From IMG/VR virus record IMGVR_UViG_3300028048_000042: a stretch of 64,000 nt of DNA. One strand, 5' to 3'. How positions within the stretch are numbered: position 1 is the stretch's first letter; every line of letters begins with the position of its first letter. Shown here piece by piece: positions 48,379 to 57,297 of this stretch. A program made the translations under genes and the position numbers. The notes below the pieces were generated by a model. That model saw only the letters and a list, made by a program, of their open reading frames with translations. It was not told the origin of the DNA and made no database searches. The stretch is from a virus (lineage: Duplodnaviria > Caudoviricetes).

Positions 48379-50191
48379 TAATCCATTAAATTTGATGAAT
48401 AATATTTATAAATTTGTAAAAGGACGAAGAGCAGAATTGTTGTTGGTTGAGTTACCGACTGTCAATGAATTGTCAAGAAAAACAGAATTGCAAGTTATAA
48501 GTAGTATGATTTGTGGAGATATGGTATATAAAGATTTGTCCACGCATAATAATGAATGTGAAATGTTCTTTGATGAATATAACAAAAAGATGTTTAGAAA
48601 GGTTATTTATGATAATAAAGACCTATACGAAAAGTGTTTTGATGATTTTTCTTCAGATTATATTGATAAAATTTGTGCATGTGACCCTGATTTAATTCAA
48701 AATAATAATTATTTTTGTATGGAAGACTACGAATCTGATTTTATGAATATTAAGGATGGAGTTCGAAAAACAGCAAATCAAATTGATGATAATAATCATA
48801 ATATTTTTGTGTTTGGTAACTCAACAACTTTTGGTTATTATGTTGCTGACAATGAAACTATTGCAAGTTTTTTACAAAAATATGTTGCACCATATAAATA
48901 CAATGTTTACAATTATGCTACAATTAATGATACGTTGTTAAATATTTATAACCGTGTTATTAATACAGGTATTTGTGATAATGATATTGTGGTTATTGGT
49001 ATTCCAAAGGGATTTCTTGGGAAAGATGCGTTTTTGTTTCCTCATGTTGATACAACAGATGGATTTTATATTCATACTGAAAAAGAAAACTTGATTGACC
49101 GTGCACATTTGACAGCTTATTGTCATGATTGGATTGCTGAAATGATTTTCAACAATATTAAAAAAGATATAGATTGTTTCGATGTGAAAGATGAAACTGT
49201 AGAATCGCAGGTAAAAATGCTTATTTCAGATTTCAGAAGAGAATGTGAAATGTTTGATGATTCTTTGCAGGTGGGTGCTTCTGTAATGAGTTGTAACCCA
49301 TTTACATCAGGTCATAGGCATCTTGTGGAAATTGGCAGTAAAATGTTTGATTATTTTGTCGTGTTTTTGATGCAAGAAGGAATGAATCTTGTTTTCGATA
49401 AAGCAGAATGTGAAAATTTGGTTCGCGTAGGAGTAGAAGATTTAGACAATGTAATTGTTGTACCAATGTCCGATATGTTTACTTATCAAACATTTTGGCC
49501 TGAATACAATGATGTTGCACTTAGACATAGTAAAAATTATATAGGATTGAATACTTATAATCTTTTAAATGTTGTAGGTAAAGCATTCAAAAGGCTTAAT
49601 ATCAAACATTTTCTTTGCGGTATCGAAACAGATGATAACATCACAAGACAACATATTGTTCAAGCAAAAACGGTATTTCCACAAAATGACATTAATGTTA
49701 TTTGTATTCCTCGCAAACAAATGAAAAATAATAAATTGAGCATTAGTGGTACGGAATGTCGTAAGATGTTAGCACAAGGTGAATATGATAAATTAAACGG
49801 ATTTCTTCAACCACAAATTGTTGATTATATTCGAGAAAATAAATTGACTGTTCAGCAACCAAAATTTCCAACTAAGATGATTGTGGAGTTGCTTGAAAAA
49901 GAATCAAAGAGAATTTTAACAAAAAACAAAAAAGATTTGAATTTGCTTATTGTTGATAAAGAAGATTGCTTGAAGAATATTAAAGCTTTGAGAAAAATTG
50001 TAAAAGGTTGTTCGAAAGAGGAATTACTGTCAATTGTTCAATTACATATTCAAGCATCTGTTTGGGCAGGTTACTTATATTTAATAAATGTAGAAATGGA
50101 TGAAGACCTGTACAATATTATTATGAGTAAATTGAAAGATGATGAATATAAGCAGAAATTGAGGGATAAACATGATGGAGTTGCAAACTAA
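48350..50191 (+). CDS. Fusion of SGNH/GDSL-like domain and CitC (citrate-lyase ligase)-like nucleotidyltransferase domain
   Basis: IFVFGNSTTFG and DRAHLT (SGNH blocks I and V); MSCNPFTSGHRHL (CitC MNANPFTxGH) and ISGTECR. Confidence 0.75.
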   Translation: MMNKNGLNSNNPLNLMNNIYKFVKGRRAELLLVELPTVNELSRKTELQVISSMICGDMVYKDLSTHNNECEMFFDEYNKKMFRKVIYDNKDLYEKCFDDFSSDYIDKICACDPDLIQNNNYFCMEDYESDFMNIKDGVRKTANQIDDNNHNIFVFGNSTTFGYYVADNETIASFLQKYVAPYKYNVYNYATINDTLLNIYNRVINTGICDNDIVVIGIPKGFLGKDAFLFPHVDTTDGFYIHTEKENLIDRAHLTAYCHDWIAEMIFNNIKKDIDCFDVKDETVESQVKMLISDFRRECEMFDDSLQVGASVMSCNPFTSGHRHLVEIGSKMFDYFVVFLMQEGMNLVFDKAECENLVRVGVEDLDNVIVVPMSDMFTYQTFWPEYNDVALRHSKNYIGLNTYNLLNVVGKAFKRLNIKHFLCGIETDDNITRQHIVQAKTVFPQNDINVICIPRKQMKNNKLSISGTECRKMLAQGEYDKLNGFLQPQIVDYIRENKLTVQQPKFPTKMIVELLEKESKRILTKNKKDLNLLIVDKEDCLKNIKALRKIVKGCSKEELLSIVQLHIQASVWAGYLYLINVEMDEDLYNIIMSKLKDDEYKQKLRDKHDGVAN

Positions 50192-51083
50192 ATTTGCAAT
50201 AATTATACCAACATATAATCGCCCTGACAAAATTAAAAAAGCTATAAGGTCTGTCAAACAACAGACCTTTTTTAATTGGGAGATATATATAGTGGATGAT
50301 TGTTCAGATGTACAATATTCTTCTGAAATTTGGGAAGACATAAAAGATAAAGTTAAATATTATAGATTAGATAAAAACAGAGGGCATTGTTATGCAAGAA
50401 ATTTCGCATTACAACAAATTGAAGATGAAGTTTGGGTGAAATATCTTGACGATGATGACGAAATTTTACCAACATGTTTGGAAAATTTGAATAATTTCAT
50501 TGTTAGAAATCCAAACGTTAATGTAATATCGACAAATTATATTAAGCGGTTTGATACATATGAGAAGATTTGTGAGACAAATTATCATAAATACAGTGTG
50601 TTTTCAGGGAAGTTAGATACTTGTGCTATATGTCATAAGAAAGATTTGTATGAGCAAATTGGTGGTTGGGATGAAAGACTTTATCGTATGGCAGATGATG
50701 ATTTTTTCTTTAATTACATTTCAAATGGTAATTATGGCTATTGTAATGTTGTGACTTCAGTGTTTTATGATACGTCAGATGAAGATAGAGTAACCAATAT
50801 ATGTTCAAATTTAAAATATTGTAACATTATTGCCGAAAAATATGATTATTTTAAAAATAATCGTTGCTTGATTTTAACAAACAATGAGGGTAATATAATG
50901 GACGAGAATTATAATATAGAATCTTTCATGCCTTTTGATGTATCGAATACTATAAAGAAAGGATATAAATACATTATAAAGTATGATAAAAATGATTCTT
51001 TAAATGATATTTTTCAAAAAAAATATCATTTAGAAAAATTACCTATACGTGTTGGCAATAGCATTCTTATAAAAGGAGTTTGA
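50172..51083 (+). CDS. Glycosyltransferase family 2
   Basis: IIIPTYNR, QT..NWEIYIVDDCSD, N.G..YARN, LDDDD, IGGWDE, ADDDF. Confidence 0.93.
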   Translation: MMELQTKFAIIIPTYNRPDKIKKAIRSVKQQTFFNWEIYIVDDCSDVQYSSEIWEDIKDKVKYYRLDKNRGHCYARNFALQQIEDEVWVKYLDDDDEILPTCLENLNNFIVRNPNVNVISTNYIKRFDTYEKICETNYHKYSVFSGKLDTCAICHKKDLYEQIGGWDERLYRMADDDFFFNYISNGNYGYCNVVTSVFYDTSDEDRVTNICSNLKYCNIIAEKYDYFKNNRCLILTNNEGNIMDENYNIESFMPFDVSNTIKKGYKYIIKYDKNDSLNDIFQKKYHLEKLPIRVGNSILIKGV

Positions 51084-51086
51084 AGT

Positions 51087-52124
51087 ATGAATGTTTTTAT
51101 GCTTAATTATAAAAGCAAAGAAAGGTCAATAGCAATACATCATAATTATACTTTTCAATTAAAGGATATGAATGATGTTGAAGATATGAAGAAAAAAGCA
51201 AGTGAATATAAAGAATATTTGTTTTATTGCATTAAAAATAAAGATAAATGGTGGTATAGATTCTTCAAAAAGAAACGACCTGAATGGTTGGTAATCAAGA
51301 AAAAATATTGGAATACAGACATAAAATATTTTATTAAAGAAGTAATTTCGGCGTTGAGGATTTATGAAAAGAAAATTCCGTATATCAATTTGATGGCTAC
51401 TCAATATTGCAACTTGAATTGTAAAGGGTGTGGAGCGTTGATGCCTTTATACAATAAAAGTAAAGAACGTAAATTTTGGGAAGTAGAACAATTAGATAAA
51501 GTTCTAAAACGTTATAGTGAGATTTTTAATGGTGAGGATGAATATTTAAATACAATTGATATTGTAGGTGGAGAACCATTATTACATCCAAACATTTGTG
51601 AGTTTTGTTCGACTGTAAGAAAATATAATCCTAAATCTAAAATTGTTATTATAACAAACGGTTTGTTGCTAGATAAAATGCCAAAAGAATTTTATGAAAT
51701 GGTTTTAGAAAATGATATTAATATAGCATTATCTGTATATGGTGATGATATTTATTTTGAAAAATACAATATAGGGTATAATAAGGAAAACTGTGACGAA
51801 GTTCGTTGCGATAAATGTAGTGGACACTTGCCAATTGTTGATTATAAGAAGAGAACTGTTTCTTTTGGTGGTGTGCAATTATTACCTGATGGGAAATTAT
51901 GTTATTGTGCTTGCGCAGGTGTAGATAAGCTTAATGAATGTTTTGGTACTGATTTCAAAACTGTTGAAAATTCCGATTGGATTGATATTTTTACTCATAC
52001 AAAAGAAGATATATTGGAAATGTTTCAAAAACCGTATTGTGAATTTTCAAAATATTGTAATAAACGTGATTTGTTCCCTTGGGATATTTCTAAATGTAAA
52101 AGTGACGAATGGTTATTTTTGTAA
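51087..52124 (+). CDS. Radical SAM protein
   Basis: CNLNCKGC, GGEPLLHP, ITNG, GKLCYC, terminal SDEW. Confidence 0.93.
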   Translation: MNVFMLNYKSKERSIAIHHNYTFQLKDMNDVEDMKKKASEYKEYLFYCIKNKDKWWYRFFKKKRPEWLVIKKKYWNTDIKYFIKEVISALRIYEKKIPYINLMATQYCNLNCKGCGALMPLYNKSKERKFWEVEQLDKVLKRYSEIFNGEDEYLNTIDIVGGEPLLHPNICEFCSTVRKYNPKSKIVIITNGLLLDKMPKEFYEMVLENDINIALSVYGDDIYFEKYNIGYNKENCDEVRCDKCSGHLPIVDYKKRTVSFGGVQLLPDGKLCYCACAGVDKLNECFGTDFKTVENSDWIDIFTHTKEDILEMFQKPYCEFSKYCNKRDLFPWDISKCKSDEWLFL

Positions 52125-52172
52125 TATAATATTGATGTAAAAATTTTCAAGTTAAAAGAAAGAAGGATTAAC

Positions 52173-52400
52173 ATGGAAGAATTGAAAACTGACGAGCAGA
52201 ACATTGACCCAACTGTAAATGATGGTGTCATGACTAATCAGCAGTGGGAGACTTTTGCAAAGGGCGACCTTATTAATTTCCTTATTGGTCATAAGCTTCA
52301 GAAGGTAACTGTTGATGATGGTTGTGGCAAGAAAGCAACTGTAAAGATTAAGTCTAATGGTGAATATTCTGTTTCTTACACATCTAGCGAAGTAATGTAA
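52173..52400 (+). CDS. Small hypothetical protein
   Basis: RBS AAGGA, core-type codon usage. Confidence 0.7.
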   Translation: MEELKTDEQNIDPTVNDGVMTNQQWETFAKGDLINFLIGHKLQKVTVDDGCGKKATVKIKSNGEYSVSYTSSEVM

Positions 52401-52412
52401 GAAGGTTCTGCT

Positions 52413-52715
52413 ATGAACGATGACATTCGTTCTTCCTTCCAAGCTGTTTTGGAAGGAGAAATTAAAATTATGAGTTCTCTTGATGCGTTGACGATGAAAT
52501 TTGAACGGATTCAAAATCAATTGGCTAGGATTGAGCAACGGATGGCAAAAATCGAGCAAAAAACCGCTGATACAATGATTATTAGTAATAACGCTTTGAA
52601 TGAAACGGAAGAAATTAGAAGTGAATTGAATAGCGTTTCTGATAAAATTGATACAGTTGGTGCAAGCGTTGATAATATAAAAATTTATCGTAATGTGTCA
52701 AATTTTGAAGTGTGA
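52413..52715 (+). CDS. Coiled-coil protein
   Basis: Heptad pattern FERIQNQLARIEQRMAKIEQK. Confidence 0.7.
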   Translation: MNDDIRSSFQAVLEGEIKIMSSLDALTMKFERIQNQLARIEQRMAKIEQKTADTMIISNNALNETEEIRSELNSVSDKIDTVGASVDNIKIYRNVSNFEV

Positions 52716-52717
52716 TG

Positions 52718-52742
52718 GTAGAGGGCTAATTAGCCCTCTATT
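52718..52742 (+). terminator. Hairpin, probable terminator
   Basis: TAGAGGGCTA-at-TAGCCCTCTA. Confidence 0.65.
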
Positions 52743-52763
52743 GTTGTGTTTAGGAGAAAAATT

Positions 52764-53225
52764 ATGGAAAAAGAAATTAATATTGGATTTGTTGGATATT
52801 CTGATGTACCTAACAGTGCAGTAGAAAAAGAAATGCGTGATGAAATTTCAAGAATTTTCTCAATTATTGAAAGAAAATATTGCAATGAACAACATCAAGA
52901 CGTTGAAATTAATATTATTACAGGTGCAACAAATTGTGGAATTTCAAAATATGTTTATGAAACCGCAACAAAATTTAACAATGAATATGGGCAATGGTTT
53001 ACTCTTGTTGGAGTTATGGCAAAAGAAGGGTATAAATATGAACTTTATCCTTGCGATGTAATTTATGCATTGGGTGAAAAATTCGGTGATGAAAGTGAAT
53101 TTTTCATTAAAATTGTTGATGAATTATATAAGATTGGTGGAGGGAATCAGTCTCAAAGAGAATTTGCAATGGCACAAGAAAAAGGTATTCCTTGCTATGA
53201 ATATTCTGTAAAAAGCGTCAAATAA
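52764..53225 (+). CDS. SLOG-superfamily (LOG/DprA/YpsA-like) nucleotide-binding protein
   Basis: IGFVGYS, IITGATNCGI, IGGGNQSQREF..A...GIP pattern of the SLOG Rossmannoid fold; start ATG 52764. Confidence 0.7.
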   Translation: MEKEINIGFVGYSDVPNSAVEKEMRDEISRIFSIIERKYCNEQHQDVEINIITGATNCGISKYVYETATKFNNEYGQWFTLVGVMAKEGYKYELYPCDVIYALGEKFGDESEFFIKIVDELYKIGGGNQSQREFAMAQEKGIPCYEYSVKSVK

Positions 53226-53450
53226 TTTTCAAAAAATGGTTATAAAAAAATGTTTGGTGTATATTTTTTTAACAGAAGAAAGAAAATTACAATTGTTTTG
53301 ATAGGCAAATATTAAGAAAGGATTGGAGTCACCAAATGTTGATTTTTGGCTTGTCGCCGTATAAATTAAGCTAAAATTGACGAATAGAATTTGTTTTTCG
53401 TGATATATTTTTTTTAGATTCACAAAACAATGGTTTGGTGACTGATAAAT

Positions 53451-53945
53451 ATGGTTAAAGTTACATTAAAAGGGAACTATAATGTTCCAATTGATGATTT
53501 GGGATTGCAGTTTGGCCCTGAAAAAAATGAGGTAGTCATTTCAAAAGCAGATTATGAATCATCTGCCGATTTCAAATATTTTGCTAAGTTCTTTGATGTT
53601 AAATCTGCAAGCAAAAAAACGGTGGTAGATTCTGAGAAGAAGGAAACACAAAAACCTGATGTTAAGGAAGTTCCACCTGCTAAGAAAATTGATGAACCTG
53701 AAATTGTAGATGCGACAGATGCTTCGCTTTCTGAAGGTGCAAAAGCAACTAAAGAACGAGTTGAAGCAAAACAGGATAAAGATGTTGTCGATGCTACAGG
53801 TGCTTCACAAAACACCAAATCAGAAAAAGAAACAAAAGTTGTTGAAAAGAAATCTGAGCCTGTTGAAGATAAAACAACAGCAAAGAAATCTGAAACAAAA
53901 ACAACTGAGAAGAAAAAAGCAGGTAGACCTAAAAAGGTTAAATAA
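53451..53945 (+). CDS. Lys/Glu-rich protein ending in AT-hook-like KKAGRPKK
   Basis: Low-complexity tail with GRP motif. Confidence 0.7.
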   Translation: MVKVTLKGNYNVPIDDLGLQFGPEKNEVVISKADYESSADFKYFAKFFDVKSASKKTVVDSEKKETQKPDVKEVPPAKKIDEPEIVDATDASLSEGAKATKERVEAKQDKDVVDATGASQNTKSEKETKVVEKKSEPVEDKTTAKKSETKTTEKKKAGRPKKVK

Positions 53946-53974
53946 TAAAGAATAAGGATAGGTGTAAATATAAA

Positions 53975-54721
53975 ATGAATAAAATGAGTTGGTTAAAAGA
54001 ATTCGCTGAAAGCCGTAAAGCAAGCAAGCAGGCTCAGAAAAAGGCTGTAGCTTCTAAGAAAGCCATTGAGCTTAATGAGGAAGAATTTGAAGATGGCATG
54101 ATGATGATTGTCAATAACGCTAAGTTGTCTACTGCCGCTGTTGGTAGTAAGATTCGTTATAAAGGTAATATTTGGTCTTTGGTTAAGGTTGATTATTCTG
54201 ATGCAAAAGGTCACGGCTTTGTATTGAAACGTGTTGCTGCTATTGATACTAAACCTGTAACTGCTCCTGCTGAACGTGCTTGCACAGACCCAGGTAATGT
54301 TTATGATTATGATGTTCGCGCAACCGAGCAGGCTAAGTTTGAGGGTGAAGCTAACGAAACTGCACAGGAAATTGCTCGTGAGGATGCTGTTGACCATTCC
54401 ACAACTCCTGCAGCTCGTACAGTTGAGTCTCCAATGGCAGGTGCTTCTGAGACTGTTGAGGCTGTTGAAACTACTGAACCTGCTGAACCTGTTGTTGAGG
54501 ATGAAGTTGCTCCTGTTGAGGATGAAGCTCCTGCTGAAGAAGAGGTTGCAACAGAGGATGATGAATTTAATTTTGATGATGTAGATGCTGAACCTGTTGA
54601 GACAGAGGAAGAAGAAGCTCCTGCTGAAGATGAAAAAGACGATGATGAAAAAGAGGAAGATAAGAAAGCAACTGCTTCCATTCATAAAAATCGCATCATT
54701 GCCGCTATGTTAAAGAAGTAA
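53975..54721 (+). CDS. Acidic low-complexity protein, paralogue of 879..2399; candidate prohead core protein
   Basis: TDPG.VYD module, FDDVD.EPVE motif, KRVAA and KNRIIAA sites. Confidence 0.75.
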   Translation: MNKMSWLKEFAESRKASKQAQKKAVASKKAIELNEEEFEDGMMMIVNNAKLSTAAVGSKIRYKGNIWSLVKVDYSDAKGHGFVLKRVAAIDTKPVTAPAERACTDPGNVYDYDVRATEQAKFEGEANETAQEIAREDAVDHSTTPAARTVESPMAGASETVEAVETTEPAEPVVEDEVAPVEDEAPAEEEVATEDDEFNFDDVDAEPVETEEEEAPAEDEKDDDEKEEDKKATASIHKNRIIAAMLKK

Positions 54722-54747
54722 TTTTTTTTGAAGGAGTTTTGTGAATT

Positions 54748-55227
54748 ATGGATGCAAAAATGAAGAAAGTTATCGCTAGTGAAACTAATGTTTATAGCAA
54801 ACGTTTCGCTGCTAAGTTAGATGCTCGTATGGAGCGTATTCTTGAAGATGCTGAGAATCTTGTAAAATCTTATTTCCCTGCAAAACAGGTATCTGCTTCT
54901 CTTACTAAGTTGCAGGCTGCACTTGTAGCAGAAGGTATCAATTGTGTTTTTGATAAGACTGTTACAAAAGAAGCTATTGCAAGCACTGCTGATAGCGATA
55001 TTAGCGAGAAAGAATGCAATGAAGCCGTTCGTTATATTGCGAATGCTGTAGTTGATGAAACAGAAGATACTCTTGAAGCATGTGATAAAGCTATTAAGGC
55101 TCTTGCTAAAAAGCATTATCCAAAGAATCGTATCTCCACTGCTAAGAAAATGCGTAAATCTGTTGCTGAGATTATGAATAAGCAGGGATTGCATTTTGAT
55201 TTTGACGGTTCTGAAAAAAAAAATTAA
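54748..55227 (+). CDS. Helical protein with MKKVIAS tag, ending in an A10 run
   Basis: RBS AAGGAG; ends ...GSEKKN*. Confidence 0.8.
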   Translation: MDAKMKKVIASETNVYSKRFAAKLDARMERILEDAENLVKSYFPAKQVSASLTKLQAALVAEGINCVFDKTVTKEAIASTADSDISEKECNEAVRYIANAVVDETEDTLEACDKAIKALAKKHYPKNRISTAKKMRKSVAEIMNKQGLHFDFDGSEKKN

Positions 55228-55418
55228 GTTACGAAGAAGCTAAAGAGTTTGCGTTACAGCACTATAATGAAGGTGGGGACGTTTTCTATGAATGTGTTGA
55301 AAAAAAGGAATACGTTCCACAAACAAAAGAAGAACTTCTTGAAGATTTTAAATTTCAGAAAGACTTGGATGGCGAGGAATCTGCTGCTTACGAGTGGATG
55401 ACAGGTTATTCTAAATAA
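55224..55418 (+). CDS. Start-less -1 frame extension of the 54748 gene (64 aa)
   Basis: Open frame LSYEEAKEFALQHYNEGGDVFYECVEKKEYVPQTKEELLEDFKFQKDLDGEESAAYEWMTGYSK* begins right after A10 (55214-55223) and ends at terminator. Confidence 0.65.
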   Translation, partial: LSYEEAKEFALQHYNEGGDVFYECVEKKEYVPQTKEELLEDFKFQKDLDGEESAAYEWMTGYSK

Positions 55419-55419
55419 T

Positions 55420-55457
55420 AAAAAACCTCTAACTTTATTACGGTTAGAGGTTTTTTT
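55420..55457 (+). terminator. Intrinsic terminator
   Basis: AAAAAACCTCTAAC...GTTAGAGGTTTTTT. Confidence 0.85.
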
Positions 55458-55499
55458 ATATCATAAAATAAAAGTAAAATCATATTTTTTAATTGTAAG

Positions 55500-56621
55500 G
55501 TGGTGACTGAATTGAACCTGTATCAAGGTGATAAAAAGATTTTGTATTGTGATTTTAAGGTCGATGGAAAAATTGTTCAAGTTGAAAACCCACAGGTTAG
55601 AATTCTACATGAATTTGAGGATAACGTTTATGAAGATTTGCCTTGGCAAACAATGACACCTATGGATGAAGGTTATGTTTATAATTTTGATACAAATGTA
55701 TGCCAAACAGATGGTAAATATGTTATTGTTTATAAAGCACAATATCAAGGTGAAACTTTAAATCAGCTAGAAGAATTCAATATCATTCCGAATAATCTTG
55801 AAGGGAACAATACAATTTATATTTATGGGTTTGTTAATGATATAAATAACAATCATTTGATTAAAAATGTAAAAATTAAAGTTGTAGATTGTGAAAACGG
55901 TTCAACAATTTATCAAACCACTACTGACGAAGACGGTAAATGGGAAGTATATATTCCTCCTAGTGACTATGAGTTTAAATTTGAATTAGATGGTTACAAT
56001 GAGCGTTCTGTACGTGTTCAAATTGGTGATGAAAACAAAGAAATACAGTTCAACAATATAAGCTTAGAAAAACAATCTGATTGTGCTCTTGGTAACGGAC
56101 TGTATAAGATAGAAGAAGAGTTTACAACTAAGAATGATATGGGTATTCCAAATGTTGAAATTGAAATATTTTCTAGTGAAAATGTAAATGAATGCTTAGT
56201 TTCAACTAGGACAGATGATAAAGGAAAGTGGAAAGCTTTCTTGGATGATGGCAGTTATTTGTTGAAAATACAGTTACCTAGTGGTGTAAAAAAGAAGTTT
56301 CAATTGACTGTTTATAATGATGGTTCGAAAGCGATAGATGAAATTGTTTCAAGAGAATCTACAATTATTCATAAACAGGTTGATAATGGACACGGTGATT
56401 GTCCCCTTACAGATTATGTTTTGGATGCTCATGGGAATGGTATAGAAAATGTTTTAGTACGAGCTTTCGCATATAATATAGATACAGATTCTTATGAGTT
56501 GGAATGCCAAACAACAACCACTTCAGAAGGACAATTTGAATTGAATTTAAATCATGGCAAATATAAATTGGTTGTCCAAGGAGAAGGTTTTAAAAGAGTT
56601 GAACAGACTATCAATGTGTAA
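55500..56621 (+). CDS. Virion protein with tandem carboxypeptidase-regulatory-like (prealbumin/Ig-like) domains
   Basis: Three repeats of I.NV.I...TTD..G.W/F...L..G.Y... Confidence 0.75.
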   Translation: MVTELNLYQGDKKILYCDFKVDGKIVQVENPQVRILHEFEDNVYEDLPWQTMTPMDEGYVYNFDTNVCQTDGKYVIVYKAQYQGETLNQLEEFNIIPNNLEGNNTIYIYGFVNDINNNHLIKNVKIKVVDCENGSTIYQTTTDEDGKWEVYIPPSDYEFKFELDGYNERSVRVQIGDENKEIQFNNISLEKQSDCALGNGLYKIEEEFTTKNDMGIPNVEIEIFSSENVNECLVSTRTDDKGKWKAFLDDGSYLLKIQLPSGVKKKFQLTVYNDGSKAIDEIVSRESTIIHKQVDNGHGDCPLTDYVLDAHGNGIENVLVRAFAYNIDTDSYELECQTTTTSEGQFELNLNHGKYKLVVQGEGFKRVEQTINV

Positions 56622-56637
56622 AAGGAAGGTATATAAA

Positions 56638-57033
56638 GTGAAGAAAAGATTGATTAAAGCAGATACTACAAGCGATGCAAAAATGAGATGGTTGGCAGAA
56701 GAGTTAAAACAAGAAGACGTTGATAAGGTTTTAGATACAGCAAGAGAAATGGGATGTCAGTGGGCGCATGATATTTATGAGTTCACTGAAGATAATCTCA
56801 ATGAAGTTCTGAAAACTCTGTGCTCGGATTTTAAAGATGCTTTTGCAAAGGGTTGGGCTTCAGAAGTAAATTATAGCGATAAATATTTTGCAGTAGAAAC
56901 AGACGAAAACATTTCAAGCTTTAATGATTTATCTAGTGCGATTGATTATCTTGATACTGCGGCAAAATTACTTGAACAGCCTGAAATGGCAATTAATATT
57001 TCACAACATATTGATGAAGCTGTTAAAGAGTAA
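56638..57033 (+). CDS. MKKRLIKA-tagged hypothetical protein
   Basis: RBS AAGGAAGGT then GTG 56638. Confidence 0.7.
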   Translation: MKKRLIKADTTSDAKMRWLAEELKQEDVDKVLDTAREMGCQWAHDIYEFTEDNLNEVLKTLCSDFKDAFAKGWASEVNYSDKYFAVETDENISSFNDLSSAIDYLDTAAKLLEQPEMAINISQHIDEAVKE

Positions 57034-57044
57034 GGATTGATATA

Positions 57045-57281
57045 ATGAAACGTTTGGTCGCAATCACAAATGGTGATTTAAAATATATGGATTTAGATGT
57101 TGATGTAACTAAAGCTGAAGACATGATGTTGCTAAAAACTCTTGATTCGACAAATGTTAAAACAGGCACTTGCCCACAATGTAATTATTCTCCTTTGGAA
57201 AAAAAAGATGGGTATAAGATTTGTAAAAATTGTGGTGCTGTATATAAGATTTTTGATAATGAAGTTTATTTGGTAAAATAA
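57045..57281 (+). CDS. MKRLVA-tagged zinc-ribbon protein
   Basis: CPQC...CKNC. Confidence 0.75.
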   Translation: MKRLVAITNGDLKYMDLDVDVTKAEDMMLLKTLDSTNVKTGTCPQCNYSPLEKKDGYKICKNCGAVYKIFDNEVYLVK

Positions 57282-57297
57282 GAAAGGTGTGCTTCTT

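Noticed and set aside
39708-52124. Host capsule/O-antigen locus, i.e. prophage-host chimera or misassembly
   Set aside because: Overlaps phage genes in frame-coupled fashion, shares paralogues with the head module, shows the same apparent GATC avoidance, and lacks export/polymerase genes
53229-53423. Minus-strand 64-aa ORF or ncRNA in the intergenic gap
   Set aside because: No RBS, AT-rich low-information sequence, no recognisable tRNA or structured RNA
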